Positions 12,465 through 32,751 are shown, numbered from the stretch's first letter. The stretch is DNA of 64,000 nucleotides from Eledone cirrhosa (GCA_964016885.1 OZ024744.1:19344001-19408000); one strand, 5' to 3'. Program-made: numbers and translations. Notes: generated by a model not told the origin, from the letters alone.

Positions 12465-13591
12465 CTAAGAGAGAGAGGGAGGGTTGGCCGCATGATGTGT
12501 GTGTATTGGGCGGTTGACCGCCATGCCCTCGCGAAGTAGAGGGAAGGGGGGTGGGGGTCGAGGCAGCGGGAGTTTAGAGTTTCGAAAGAAGGAAGAAGGA
12601 AAAGGATTTTGTTTTGTTTTGAAAATACGCTAGAATTAGGAATTGAGTTTTGAATATACGCTAGGAATTAAGGTTGAAAATACGCTAGATTAAGAATTAA
12701 GGAATTTATAAGAAGAAGAGATAGAAGGTAATGATTGAATGGGGTCCTTGCATAGCTAGATAGAAGGTAATGATTGAATGGGGTCCTTGCATTTAACAAG
12801 CGATTAACAAAAATACAAAATTTGTTCTGTTCAATACGACAAAAACTTTCGTGTCTAACAATTAATGAATACAAAAAATGTAGATTGTTTTAGCAATAGA
12901 TTGGCTATTTGGACTTGATACGAAATATGGAGTGTGGAGGTAGAGATGAAAGAAAAAATATGTACATTACGTTACATGAATATCGTGGGGAGAGACAGCA
13001 ATGCAATGAAATTTGGCGAAGTGAATTTCTATCTTATATATATATATAGAGAGAGAGAGAGCTAAGATAGAGAGAGGGGGTTTGCCGCATGATGTGTGTG
13101 TATTGGGCGGTTGACCGCCATGCCCTCGCGAAGTAGAGGGAAGGGGTGGGGGTCGAGGAAGTGGGAGTTTAGAGTTTCGAAAGAAGGAAGAAGGAAAAGA
13201 ATTCTGTTTTGTTTTGAAAATACGCTAGAATTAGGAATTGAGGTTTGAAAATACGCTAGGAATTAAGGTTTGAAAATACGCTAGATTAAGAATTAAGGAA
13301 TTTATAAGAAGAAGAGATAGAAGGTAATGATTGAATGGGGTACTTGCATTTAACAAGCGATTAACAAAAATACAAAATTTGTTCTGTTCAATACGACAAA
13401 TACTTCCGTATCTAACAATTAATGAATACAAACAATGTAGATTGTTTTAGCAATAGATTGGCTATTTGGACTTGATACGAAATATGGAGTGTGGAGGTAG
13501 AGATGAAAGAAAAAATATGTACATTACGTTACATGAATATCGTGGGGGGAGACAGCAATGCAATGAAATTTGGCGAAGTGAATTTCTATCT

Positions 13592-13622
<31 letters not shown>

Positions 13623-13970
13623 CTAAGAGAGAGAGGGGGGTTGGCCGCATGATGTGTGTGTATTGGGCGGTTGACCGCCATGCCCTCGCGAAGTAGAGGG
13701 AAGGGGTGGGGGTCGAGGAAGCGGGAGTTTAGAGTTTCGAAAGAAGGAAGAAGGAAAAGGATTTTGTTTTGTTTTCAAAATACGCTAGAATTAGGAATTG
13801 AGTTTTGAATATACGCTAGGAATTAAGGTTTGAAAATACGCTAGATTAAGAATTAAGGAATTTATAAGAAGAAGAGATAGAAGGTAATGATTGAATGGGG
13901 TCCTTGCATTTAACAAGCGATTAACAAAAATACAAAATGTGTTCTGTTCAATACGACAAAAAGTTTCGTA
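11593..13970. repeat. Tandem array of ~560-600-bp units (4 full + partial) abutting the RTE 5' end
   Basis: agatagaaggtaatgattgaatgggg at ~11593, 12154, 12720/12758, 13316, 13876. Units contain (TA)n(GA)n and aaaatacgctag subrepeats. Confidence 0.93.
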
Positions 13971-14140
13971 TATATATACACACACACACATATATATATA
14001 CACACCCACACACACATATACATATATATACACACATACATATATATATATATACATATATATACACATATATACACATATATATATATATATATACAAA
14101 CATATATATATATATATACACATATAAATATATATACACA

Positions 14141-15077
14141 TATAATAACTAGAAATTGATTAACATATATAAATAAATATAAACATGAATAATCACATGA
14201 GATAATTTTTACAAGCGTGTAACCACGCATGGCTAGGTAGGTAACAAATAAATAAAGTTAACTAGAACTTCAAAAATAGATACCGTTTAATGATTAATCT
14301 TCCCTGTATATATTCTATTAAAGAAATATATTTCACCAATTAATCAGATGGTAAGTCACAGAAAGTGGATATTATTGGATTATCAACAAGGAAGAACAAT
14401 ATTCCAGCAATCCATGCTTACACGGCGAGTTCATACCTTCAACTGGCCGCTACCACGTGTTGTTTTTACACATCACAGCGGCTTCGTCTCAGTGGCGTGA
14501 ACAGGTATTCGACAACTAGAAACAGCAGTCAATTCCTTTCAACAGTGTTAGCTCTATAATTAAGGAGCCGTATTTATATATCTATATCCAAAATTAAGAT
14601 AAATTAAATGAATTTAATCCAAATCGAAATTGTGGGTGTCATGCCATGACGGCGTGCGCCATATCGCCCGGAAAATAAGCTCAAAGATTTTGTAGGCCCG
14701 AGAATTTTATAATAACTAGAAATTGATTAACATATATATAAATAAATATAAACATGAATAATCACAGGAGATAATTTTTACAAGCGTGTAACCACGCATG
14801 GCTAGTAGGTAACAAATAAATAAAGTTAACTAGAACTTCAAAAATAGATACACTTTAACAATTAATCTTCCCTGTATATATTCCATATATATTTCTTTAA
14901 TGGAATATATACAGGGAAGATTAATCATTAAAAGGTATCTATTTTTGAAGTTTTAGTTAACTTTATTTATTTGTTACGTACTAGCCATGCATGGTTACAC
15001 GCTTGTAAAAATATCTCCTGTGATCATTCATGTTTATATTTATTTATATATATGTTAATCAATTTCTAGTTATTATA
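14141..15077. mobile_element. ~568-bp monomer with direct terminal redundancy plus inverted copy (Penelope-type geometry), non-coding
   Basis: 14141-14315 repeats directly at 14709-14886 and inverted at 14900-15077. Embedded in TA/CA microsatellite. A fragment of the family occurs reversed at 57331-57403. Confidence 0.75.
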
Positions 15078-15094
15078 TACACATATATACATAT

Positions 15095-15137
<43 letters not shown>

Positions 15138-15168
15138 TATACACATATATATATATACATATACACAT

Positions 15169-15215
<47 letters not shown>

Positions 15216-15229
15216 TATATATATGTATG

Positions 15230-18625
<3,396 letters not shown>

Positions 18626-18827
18626 TATATATATATATATATGTAAGTTGGAATAGAATGAAACGAAATTTCATTTCTCACTCTTAATACGGCACTTACT
18701 TAAACTTATCGTTTTCGGTGCGCCTGGCCGACTGAACACTCGATATCCAAATTAGGCTGCTCAGCCGTTAATTTTCATAAGGAAAGTATATACTTTCGAA
18801 AGTTCAACCATCTGGCAGAAGGGTATA

Positions 18828-18868
18828 CGGTGCTGACGATAGCTAACAAGCTTGAAACTAGTACATCG
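18828..18868 (+). ncRNA. Type I hammerhead ribozyme, first copy of array family A
   Basis: Stem I cggtg/catcg, core CTGACGA 18833-18839, stem II agct/agct with loop aaca, GAAA 18854-18857, palindromic stem III ACTAGT, predicted cleavage after GUA at 18863. Helix I extends via aggg/tcct, tggca/tgtca, gttcaac/gttgaac. Confidence 0.9.
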
Positions 18869-19018
18869 TTCCTGTGTCAGTGTTGAACAAAAAGGTGACG
18901 TGGTTGCCTTTACACCGTACGGCATAAATCCGGCTGTCCGTTTGTTTACAAACGAACAAAGCGAATGTTATAATAAATATTCGCTAAACTGATACGTACA
19001 TATATATATGTGTGCCTG

Positions 19019-19826
<808 letters not shown>

Positions 19827-20247
19827 GCTACTGTACGTCGGTATACATATATGTATGTACGTATACATACATATTTACATTTAAGTAAGTGCCGTGCTAA
19901 GAGTGAGAAATGAAATTTCTTTTCATTCTATTCCATCGTTTTCGGTGCGCCTGGACGACAGAACTCACTCGATGTGCAAAGTAGGCTGCTCAGCCGTTAA
20001 TTTTCATAAGGAAAGTATATACTTTCGAACGGTCAACCATCTGGCAAAAGGGTATACGGTGCTGACGATAGCTAACAAGCTTGAAACAAGTACATCGTTC
20101 CTGTGTCAGTGTTGAACAAAAAGGTGACGTGGTTGCCTTAACACTGTACGGCATAAATCAGGCTGTCCGTTTGTTTACAAACGAACAAAGCGAATGTTAT
20201 AATAAATATACGCTAATCTGATACGTACATATAAATATGTGTGCCTG

Positions 20248-20345
<98 letters not shown>

Positions 20346-20788
20346 AATATATATATATGCTACTGTACGTCTGTATACATATATGTATGTACGTATACAT
20401 ACATACTTACATTTAAGTAAGTGCCGTACTAAGAGTGAGAAATGAAGTTTCGTATCATTCTATTCCAATTTATCGTTTTCGGTGCGCCTGGCCGACTGAA
20501 CTCACTCGATATGCAAATTAGACTGCTCGGCAGTTAATTTTCATAAGGAAAGTATATACTTTCGAACGTTCAACCATCTGGCAGAAGAGTATACGGTGCT
20601 GACAATAGCTAACAAGCTTGAAACTAGTACATCGTTCCTGTGTCAGCGTTGAACAAAAAGGTGACGTGGTTGCCTTAACACCGTACGGCATAAATCAGGC
20701 TGTCCGTTTGTTTACAAACGAACAACGCGAATGTTATAATAAATATTCGCTAAACTGATACGTACATATATATATGTGTGCCTGTATG

Positions 20789-20822
<34 letters not shown>

Positions 20823-21257
20823 TGCTACTGTACGTCTGTATACATATATGTATGTACGTATACATACATGCTTACATTTAAGTAAGTGCCGTACTAAGAG
20901 TGAGAAATGAAGTTTCGTTTTATTCTATTCCAACTTATCGTTTTCAATGCGCCTGGCCGACTGAACTCACTCGATATGCAAATTAGACTGCTCAGCCGTT
21001 AATTTTCATAAGGAAAGTATATACTTTCGAACGTTCAACCATCTGGCAGAAGAGTATACGGTACTGACGATAGCTAACAAGCTTGAAATTAGTACATCGT
21101 TCCTGTGTCAGTGTTGAACATAAAGGTGAGGTGGTTGCCTTAACACCGTACGGCATAAATCAGGCTGTATGTTTGTTTACAAACAAACAAAGCGAATGTT
21201 ATAATAAATGTTCGCTAAACTGATACGTACATATATATATGTGTGCCTGTATGTATC

Positions 21258-21336
<79 letters not shown>

Positions 21337-21764
21337 TACTGTACGTCTGTATACATATATGTATGTACGTCTACATACATACTTACATTTAAGTAAGTGC
21401 CGCACTAAGAGTGAGAAATGAAATTTCGTTTCATTCTATTCCAACTTATCGTTTTCGGTGCGCCTGGCCGACTGAACTCACTCGATATGCGAATTAGGCT
21501 GCTCAGCAGTTAATTTTCATAAGGAAAGTATATACTTTCGAACGGTCAACCATCTGGCAGAAGGGTATACGGTGGTGACGATAGTTAACAAGCATGAAAC
21601 TAGTACATCGTTCCCGTGTCAGTGTTGAACAAAAAGGTGACGTGGTTGCCTTAACACCGTACGGCATAAATCACGCTGACCGTTTGTTTACAAACAAACA
21701 AAGCGAATGTTATAATAAATATTCGCTAAACTGATACGTACATATATATATGTGTGCCTGTATG

Positions 21765-21826
<62 letters not shown>

Positions 21827-22248
21827 TGATACTGTAAGTCTGTATACATATATGTATGTACGTATACATACATACTTACATTTAAGTAAGTGCCGTACTA
21901 AGAGTGAGAAATGAGATTTCGTTTCATTCTATTCCAACTTATCGTTTTCGGTGCGCCTGGCAGACTGAACTCACTCGATATGCAAATTAGGCTGCTCAGC
22001 CGTTAATTTCATAAGGAAAGTATATACTTTCGAATGTTCAACCATCTGGCAGAAGGTATAAGGTGCTGACGATAGCTAACAATCTTGAAACTAGTACATC
22101 GTTCCTGTGTCAGTGTTGAACAAAAAGGTGACGTGGTTGCCTTAACACCGTACGGCATAAATCAGGCTGTCCTTTTATTTACAAACGAACAAAGCGAATG
22201 TTATAATAAATATTCGCTAAACTGATACGTACATACATACATGTGTGC

Positions 22249-22312
<64 letters not shown>

Positions 22313-22740
22313 TACTGTACGTCTGTATACATATATTTATGTACGTATACATACATACTTACATTTAAGTAAATACCGTACTAAGAGTGAGAAATGAAAT
22401 TTCGTTTCATTCTATTCCAACTTACCGTTTTCGGTGCGCCGGGCCGACTGAACTCACTCGATATGCTAATTAGGCTGCTCAGCCGTTAATTTTCATAAGG
22501 AAAGTATATACTTTCGAACGTTCAACCATCTGGAAGAAGGGTATACGGTGCTGACGATAGCTAACAAGCTTGAAACTAGTACATCGTTCCTGTGTCAGTG
22601 TTGAACAAAAAGGTGACGTGGTTGCTCTAACACCGTACGGCATAAATCAGGCTGTCCGTTTGTTTACAAACGAACAAAGCGAATGTTATAATAAATATTC
22701 GCTAAACTGATACGTACATATATATATGTGTGCCTGTATG

Positions 22741-22824
<84 letters not shown>

Positions 22825-23251
22825 TGATACTGTACGTCTGTATACATATGTGTATGTACGTATACATACATACTTACATTTAAGTAAGTGCCGTACTAAG
22901 AGTGAGAAATGAGATTTCGTTTCATTCTATTCCAACTTATCGTTTTCGGTGCGCCTGGCCGACTGAACTCACTCGATATGCAAATTAGGCTGCTCAACCG
23001 TTAATTTTCATATGGAAAGTATATACTTTCGAACGGTCAACTATCTGGCAGAAGGGTATACGGTGCTGACGATAGCTAACAAGCTTGAAACTTGTACATC
23101 GTTCCTGTGTCAGTGTTGAAGAAAAAGGTGACGTGGTTGCCTTAACACCGTACGGCATAAATCAGGCTGTCCGTTTGTTTACAAACGAACAAAGCGAATG
23201 TTATAATAAATATTCGCTAAACTGATACGTACATATATATATGTGTGCCTG

Positions 23252-23305
<54 letters not shown>

Positions 23306-24199
23306 TGATACTGTACGTCTGTATACATATAGGCATGTACGTATACATACATACTTACATTTAAGTAAGTGCCGTACTAAGAGTGAGAAATGAGATTTCG
23401 TTTCATTCTATTCCAACTTATCGTTTTCGGTGCGCCTGGCCGACTGAACTCACTCGATATGCAAATTAGGCTGCTCAGCCGTTAATTTTCATGAGGAAAG
23501 TATATACCTTCGAACGGTCAACCATCTAGCAGAAGGGTATACGGTGCTGACGATAGCTAACAAGCATGAAACTAGTACATCGTTCCTGTGTCAGTGTTGA
23601 ACAAAAAGGTGACGTGGTTGCCTTAACACCGTACGGCATAAATCAGGCTGTCCGTTTGTTTACAAACGAACAAAGCGAATGTTATAATAAATATTCGCTA
23701 AATTGATACGTACATATATATATGTGTGCCTGTATGTATATAATATATATATGTATATATATATATATACTTGCTACTGTACGTCTGTATACATATATGT
23801 ATGTACGTATAAATACATACTTACACTTAAGTAAGTGTCGTATTAAGAGTGAGAAATGAAATTTCGTTTCATTCTATTCCAACTTATCGTTTTCGGTGCG
23901 CCTGGCCCACTGAACTCACTCGATATGCGAATTAGGCTGCTCAGTCGTTAATTTTCATAAGGAAAGTATATACTTTCGAACGGTCGACCATCTGGCAGGA
24001 GGGAATGCGGTGCTGACGATAGCTAACAAGCTTGAAACTAGTACATCGTTCCTGTGTCAGTGTTGAACAAAAAGGTGACGTGGTTGCCTTAACACCGTAC
24101 GACATAAATCAGGCGGTCCGTTTGTTTACAAACGAACAAAGCGAATGTTATAAATATTCGCTAAACTGATACGTACATATATATATGTGTGCCTGTATG

Positions 24200-24287
<88 letters not shown>

Positions 24288-25182
24288 ACTGTACGTCTGT
24301 ATACATATATGTATGTACTTATACATACATACTTACATTTAAGTAAGTGCCGGACTAAGAGTGAGAAATGAAATTTCCTTTCATTCTATTCCAACTTATC
24401 GTTTTCGGTGCGCCTTGCCGACTGAACTCACTCGATATGCAAATTAGGCTGCTCAGCCGTTAATTTTCATGAGGAAAGTATATACCTTCGAACGGTCAAC
24501 CATCTAGCAGAAGGGTATACGGTGCTGACGATAGCTAACAAGCATGAAACTAGTACATCGTTCCTGTGTCAGTGTTGAACAAAAAGGTGACGTGGTTGCC
24601 TTAACACCGTACGGCATAAATCAGGCTGTCCGTTTGTTTACAAACGAACAAAGCGAATGTTATAATAAATATTCGCTAAATTGATACGTACATATATATA
24701 TGTGTGCCTGTATGTATATAATATATATATGTATATATATATATATATACTTGCTACTGTACGTCTGTATACATATATTTATGTACGTATAAATACATAC
24801 TTACACTTAAGTAAGTGTCGTATTAAGAGTGAGAAATGAAATTTCTTTTCATTCTATTCCAACTTATCGTTTTCGGTGCGCTCGGCCCACTGAACTCACT
24901 CGATATGCGAATTAGGCTGCTCAGTCGTTAATTTTCATAAGGAAAGTATATACTTTCGAACGGTCGACCATCTGGCAGGAGGGAATGCGGTGCTGACGAT
25001 AGCTAACAAGCTTGAAACTAGTACATCGTTCCTGTGTCAGTGTTGAACAAAAAGGTGACGTGGTTGCCTTAACACCGTACGACATAAATCAGGCTGTCCG
25101 TTTGTTTACAAACGAACAAAGCGAATGTTATAATAAATATTCGCTAAACTGATACGTACATATATATATGTGTGCCTGTATG

Positions 25183-25252
<70 letters not shown>

Positions 25253-26146
25253 TGCTACTGTACGTCTGTATACATATATGTATGTACTTATACATACATA
25301 CTTACATTTAAGTAAGTGCCGTACTAAGAGTGAGAAATGAAATTTCCTTTCATTCTATTCCAACTTATCGTTTTCGGTGCGCCTTGCCGACTGAACTCAC
25401 TCGAAATACAAATTAGGCTGCTCAGCCGTTAATTTTCATAACGAAATTATATACTTTCGAACGTTCAACCATCTGGCAGAAGGGTATACGCTGCTGACAA
25501 TAGCTAACAAGCTTGAAACTTGTAAATCGTTCCTGTGTCTGTGTTGAACAGAAAGGTGACGTGGTTTCCTTAACACCGTACGGCATAAATCAGGCTGTCC
25601 GTTTGTTTACAAACGAACAAAGCGAATGTTATAATAAATATTCGCTAAATTGATACGTAGATATATATATGTGTGCCTGTATGTATATATATATATGTAT
25701 ATATATATATATACTTGCAACTATACGTCTGTATACATATATGTATGTACGTATACATACATACTTACACTTAAGTAAGTGCCCTACTAAGAGTGAGAAA
25801 TGAAATTTCGTTTCATTCTATTCAAACTTATCCTTTTCGGTGCGCCTGTCCGACTGAACTCACTCGATATGCAAATTAGGCTGCTCAGCCGTTAATTTTC
25901 ACGAGGAAAGTATATACCTTCGAACGGTGAACCATCTAGCAGAAGGGTATACGGTGCTGACGGTAGCTAACAAGCATGAAACTAGTACATCGTTCCAGTG
26001 TCAGTGTTGACCAAAAAGGTGACGTGGTTGCCTTAACACCGTACGGCATAAATCAGGCTGTCCGTTTGTTTACAAACGAACAAAGCGAATGTTATAATAA
26101 ATATTCGCTAAACTGATACGTATATATATATATGTGTGCCTGTATG

Positions 26147-26181
<35 letters not shown>

Positions 26182-26611
26182 TTGCTACTGTACGTCTGTA
26201 TACATATATGTATGTACGTATACATACACACTTACACTTAAGTAAGTGCCGTACTAAGAATGAGAAATGAAAATTCGTTTCATTCTATTCCAACTTATCG
26301 TTTTCGGTGCGCCTGGCCGACTGAACTCACTCGATATGCGAATTAGGCTGCTCAGCCGTTAATTTTCATAAGAAAGTATATACTTTCGAACGGTCAAACA
26401 TCTGGCAGAAGGGTATACGGTGCTGACGATAGCTAACAAGCATGTAACTAGTACATCGTTCCTGTGTCAGTGTTGAACAAAAAGGTGACGTGGTTGCCTT
26501 AACACCGTACGGCAAAATCAGGCTGTCCGTTTGTTTACAAACAAACAAAGCGAATGTTATAATAAATATTCGCTAAACTGATACGTATATATATATATGT
26601 GTGCCAGTATG

Positions 26612-26718
<107 letters not shown>

Positions 26719-27631
26719 TACTGTACGTCTGTATACATATATTTATGTACGTATACATACATACTTACATTTAAGTAAATACCGTACTAAGAGTGAGAAA
26801 TAAAATTTCGTTTCATTCTATTCCAACTTATCGTTTTCGGTGCGCCTGTCCGACTGAACTCACTCGATATGCAAATTAGGCTGCTCAGCCGTTAATTTTC
26901 ATAAGGGAAGTATATACTTTCGAACGTTCAACCATCTGGAAGAAGGGTATACGGTGCTGACGATAGCTAACAAGCTTGAAACTAGTACATCGTTCCTGTG
27001 TCAGTGTTGAACAAAAAGATGACGTGGTTGCCTTAACACCGTACGGCATAAATCAGGCTGTCCGTTTGTTTACAAACGAACAAAGCGAATGTTATAATAA
27101 ATATTCGCTAAACTGATAGGTACATATATATATGTGTGCCTGTATGTATATATATATATGTATATATGTATATATACATGCTACCGTACGTCTGTATACA
27201 TATATGTATGTACGTATAAATACATACTTACACTTAAGTAAGTGCCGTTCTATAAGTGAGAAATAAAATTTCGTTTCATTCTATTCCAACTTATCGTTTT
27301 CGGTGCGCCTGGCCGACTGAACTCACTCAATATGCAAATTAGGCTGCTCAGCCGTTAATTGTCATAAGGAAAGTATATACTTTCGAACGTTCAACCATCT
27401 GGCAGAAGGGTATACGGTGCGGACGATAGCTAACAATCTTGAAACTAGTACATCGTTCCTGTGTCTGTGTTGAACAAAAAGATGACGTGGTTGCCTTAAC
27501 ACCGTACGGCATAAATCCGACTGTCCGTTTGTTTACAAACGAACAAAGCGAATGTTATAATAAATATTCGCTAAACTGATACGTACATATATATATGTGT
27601 GCCTGTATATATATATATATATGTGTGCCTG

Positions 27632-27680
<49 letters not shown>

Positions 27681-28110
27681 GCTACTGTACGTCTGTATAC
27701 ATATATGTATGTACGTCTACATACATACTTACATTTAAGTAAGTGCCGTACTAAGAGTGAGAAATGAAATTTCGTTTCATTCTATTCAAACTTCTCGTTT
27801 TCGGTGCGCCTGGCCCACTGAACTCACTCGATATGCGAATTAGGCTGCTCAGCCGTTAATTTTCATAAGGAAAGTATATACTTTCGAACGGTCGACCATC
27901 TGGCAGGAGGGAATACGGTGCTGACGATAGCTAACAAGCTTGAAACTAGTACATCGTTCCTGTGTCAGTGTTGAACAAAAAGGTGACGTGGTTGCCTTAA
28001 CACCGTACGACATAAATCAGGCTGTCCGTTTGTTTACAAACGAACAAAGCGAATGTTATAATAAATATTCGCTAAACTGATACGTACATATATGTATGTG
28101 TGCCTGTATG

Positions 28111-28302
<192 letters not shown>

Positions 28303-28755
28303 TGCTACTGTACGTCTGTATACATATATGTATGTACGTATACATACATACTTACATTTAAGTGAGTGCCGTACTAAGAGTGAGAAATGAAATTTCCTTT
28401 CATTCTATTCCAACTTATCGTTTTCCGTGCGCCTGGCCCACTGAACTCACTCGATATGCAAATAAGGCTGCTCAGCCGTTAATTTTCATAAGAAAAGTAT
28501 ATACTTTCGAACGGTCAACCATCTGGCAGGAGGGTATACGGTGCTAACGATAGCTAACAAGCTTGAAACTAGTACATCGTTCCTGTGTCAGTGTTGAACA
28601 AAAAGGTGACGTGGTTGCCTTAACACCGTACGGCATAAATCAGGCTGTCCTTTTCTTTACAAACGAACAAAGCGAATGTTATAATATATATTCGCTAAAC
28701 TGATACGTACACATATATATGTGTGCCTGTATGTATCTATATACATATATATATG

Positions 28756-28960
<205 letters not shown>

Positions 28961-29845
28961 GCAACTGTACGTCTGTATACATATATGTATGTACTTATAC
29001 ATACATAGTTACATTTAAGTAAGTGCCGTAATATGAGTGTGAAATGAAATTTCCTTTCATTCTATTCCAATTTATCGTTTTCGGTGCGCCTGGCCGACTG
29101 AACTCACTCGATATGCAAATTAGGCTGCTCAGCCGTTAATTTTCATAAGGAAAGTATATACTTTCGAACGTTCAACCATCTGGCAGAAGGGTATACGCTG
29201 CTGACAATCGCTAACAAGCATGAAACTAGTACATCGTTCCTGTGTCAGTGTTGAACAAAAAGGTGACGTGGTTGCCTTAACACCGTACGGCATAAAACAG
29301 GCTGTCCGTTTGTTTACAAACGAACAAAGCGAATGTTATAATAAATATTCGCTAAACTGATACGCATATATATATATGTGACCCTGTATGTATATATATG
29401 TATATATATATATATACATGCTACTGTACGTCTGTATACATATATGTATGTACGTATACATACATACTTACATTTAAGTAAGTGCCGTACTAAGAGTGAG
29501 AAATGAAATTTCGTTTCATTCTATTCCAACTTATCGTTTTCGGTGCGCCTGTCCGACTGAACTCACTCAATATGCAAATTAGGCTGCTCAGCCGTTAATT
29601 TTCATGAGGAAAGTATATACTTTCGAACGGTCAACCATCTGGCAGAAGGGTATACGGTGCTGACGATAGCTAACAAGCATGAAACTAGTACATCGTTCCA
29701 GTGTCAGTGTTGAACAAAAAGCTGACGTGGTTGCCTTAACACCGTACGGCACAAATCAGGCTGTCCGTTTGTTTACAAACGAGCAAAGCGAATGTTATGA
29801 TAAATATTCGCTAAACTGTTACGTACATATATATATGTGTGCCTG

Positions 29846-29948
<103 letters not shown>

Positions 29949-30375
29949 GCTACTGTACGTCTGTATACATATATGTATGTACGTATACATACATGCTTAC
30001 ATTTAAGTGAGTGCCGTATTAAGAGTGAGAAATGAGATTTCGTTTCATTCTATTCCAGCTTATCGTTTTCGGTGCGCCTGCCCGACTGAACTCACTCGAT
30101 ATACAAATTAGGCTGCTCAGCCGTTAATTTTCATAAGGAAAGTATATACTTTCGAACGTTCAACCATCTGGCAGAAGGGTAAACTGTGCAGACGATAGCT
30201 AACAAGCTCGAAACTAGTACATCGTTCCTGTGTCAGTGTTGCACAAAAAGGTGACGTGGTTGCCTTAACACCGTACGGCCTAAATCAGGCCTGTCCGTTT
30301 GTTTACAAACGAACAAAGCGAATGTTATAATAAATATTCGCTAAACTGATACGTACATATATATATGTGTGCCTG

Positions 30376-30560
<185 letters not shown>

Positions 30561-31912
30561 GCTACTGTACGTCTGTATACATATATGCATGTACGTATAA
30601 GTACATACTTACATTTAAGTAAGTGCCGTACTAAGAGTGAGAAATGAAATTTCGTTTCATTCTATTCCAACTTATCGTTTTCGGTGCGCCTGCCCGACTG
30701 AACTCACTAGATATGCAAATTAGGCTGCTCAGCCGTTAATTTTCATAAGGAAAGTATATACTTTCGAACGTTCAACCATCTGGCAGAAGGGTATACTGTG
30801 CTGACGATAGCTAACAAGCTCGAAACTAGTACATCGTTCCTGTGTCAGTGTTGCACAAAAGGGTGACGTGGTTGCCTTAACACCGTACGGCATAAATCAG
30901 GCTGTCCGTTTGTTTACAAACGAACAAAGCGAATGTTATAATAAATATTCGCTAAACTGATACGTACATATATATATGTGTGCCTGTATGTATAAATATA
31001 TATGTATATATATATACATGCTACTGTACGTCTGTATACATATATGTATGTACGTATACATACATACTTACATTTAAGTAAGTGCCGTACTAAGTGTGAG
31101 AAATGAAATTTCGTTTCATTCTATTCCAACTTATCGTTTTCGGTGCGCCTGGCCGACTGAACTCACTCGATATGCAAATTAGGCTGCTAAGCCGTTAATT
31201 TTCATAAGGAAAGTATATACTTTCGAACGTTCAACCATCTGGCAGAAGGGTATACGGTGCTGACGATAGCTAACAAGCTTGAAAGTAGTACATCGTTCCT
31301 GTGTCAGTGTTGAACAAAAAGGTGACGAGGTTGCCTTAACACCGTACGGCTTTAATCAGGCTGTCCGTTTGTTTACAAACGAACAAAGCGAATGTTATAA
31401 TAAATATTCGCTAAACTGATACGTACATATATATATGTGTGCCTGTATGTATATATATATATGTATATAAATATATATACATGCTACTGTACGTCTGTAT
31501 ACATATATGTATGTACGTATACATACATACTTACATTTAAGTAAGTGCCGTACTAAGAGTGAGAAATGAAATTTCGTTTCATTCTATTCCAACTTATCGT
31601 TTTCGGTGCGCCTGGCCGACTGAACTGATTCGATATGCAAATTAGGCTGCTCAGCCGTTAATTTTCATAAGAAAAGTATATACTTTCGAACGGTCAACCA
31701 TCTGGTAGAAGGGTATACGGTGCTAACTATAGCTAATGTGCTTGAAACTAGTACATCGTTTCTGAGTCAGTGTTGAACAAAAAGGTGACGTGGTTGCCTT
31801 AACACCGTACGGCATAAATCAAGCTGTCCGTTTGTTTACAAACGAACAAAGCGAATGTTATAATAAATATTCGCCTAACTGATACGTACAAATATATATG
31901 TGTGCCTGTATG

Positions 31913-31999
<87 letters not shown>

Positions 32000-32751
32000 T
32001 ACTGTACGTCTGTATACATATATGTATGTACGTATACATACATACTTACATTTAAGTAAGTGCCGTACTAAGAGTGAGAAATGAAATTTCGTTTCATTCT
32101 ATTCCAACTTATCGTTTTCGGTGCTCCTGGCCGACTGAACTCACTCGATATGCAAATTAGGCTTCTCAGCCGTTAATTTTCATAAGGAAAGTATATACTT
32201 TCGAACGTTCAACCATCTGGCAGAAGGGTATACGGTGCTGACGATAGCTTGAAACTAGTACATCGTTCTTGTGTCAGTGTTGAACAAAAAGGTGACGTGG
32301 TTGCCTTCACACCGTACGGCTTAAATCAGGCTGTCCGTTTGTTTACAAACGAACAAAGCGGAAGTTATAATAAATATTCGCTAAACTGATACGTACATAT
32401 TTATGTGTGTGCCTTTCGTTTCATTCTATTCAAACTTATCGTTTTCGGTCCGCCTGGCCGACTGAACTCACTCGATATACAAATTAGGCTGCTCAGCCGT
32501 TAATTTTCATAAGGAAAGTATATACTTTCGAAAGTTCAACCATCTGGCAGAAGGGTATACTGTGCTGACGATAGCTAACAAGCTGGAAACTAGTACATCG
32601 TTCCTGTGTCAGTGTTGCACAAAAAGGTGACGTGGTTGCCTTAACACCGTACGGCATAAATCAGGCCTGTCCGTTTGTTTACAAACGAACAAAGCGAATG
32701 TTATAATAAATATTCGCTAAACTGATACGTACATATATATATGTGTGCCTG

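Noticed and set aside
14970-15012. ggttacacgc resembling a twister ribozyme strand
   Set aside because: Other twister conserved elements and pseudoknot partners were not found.
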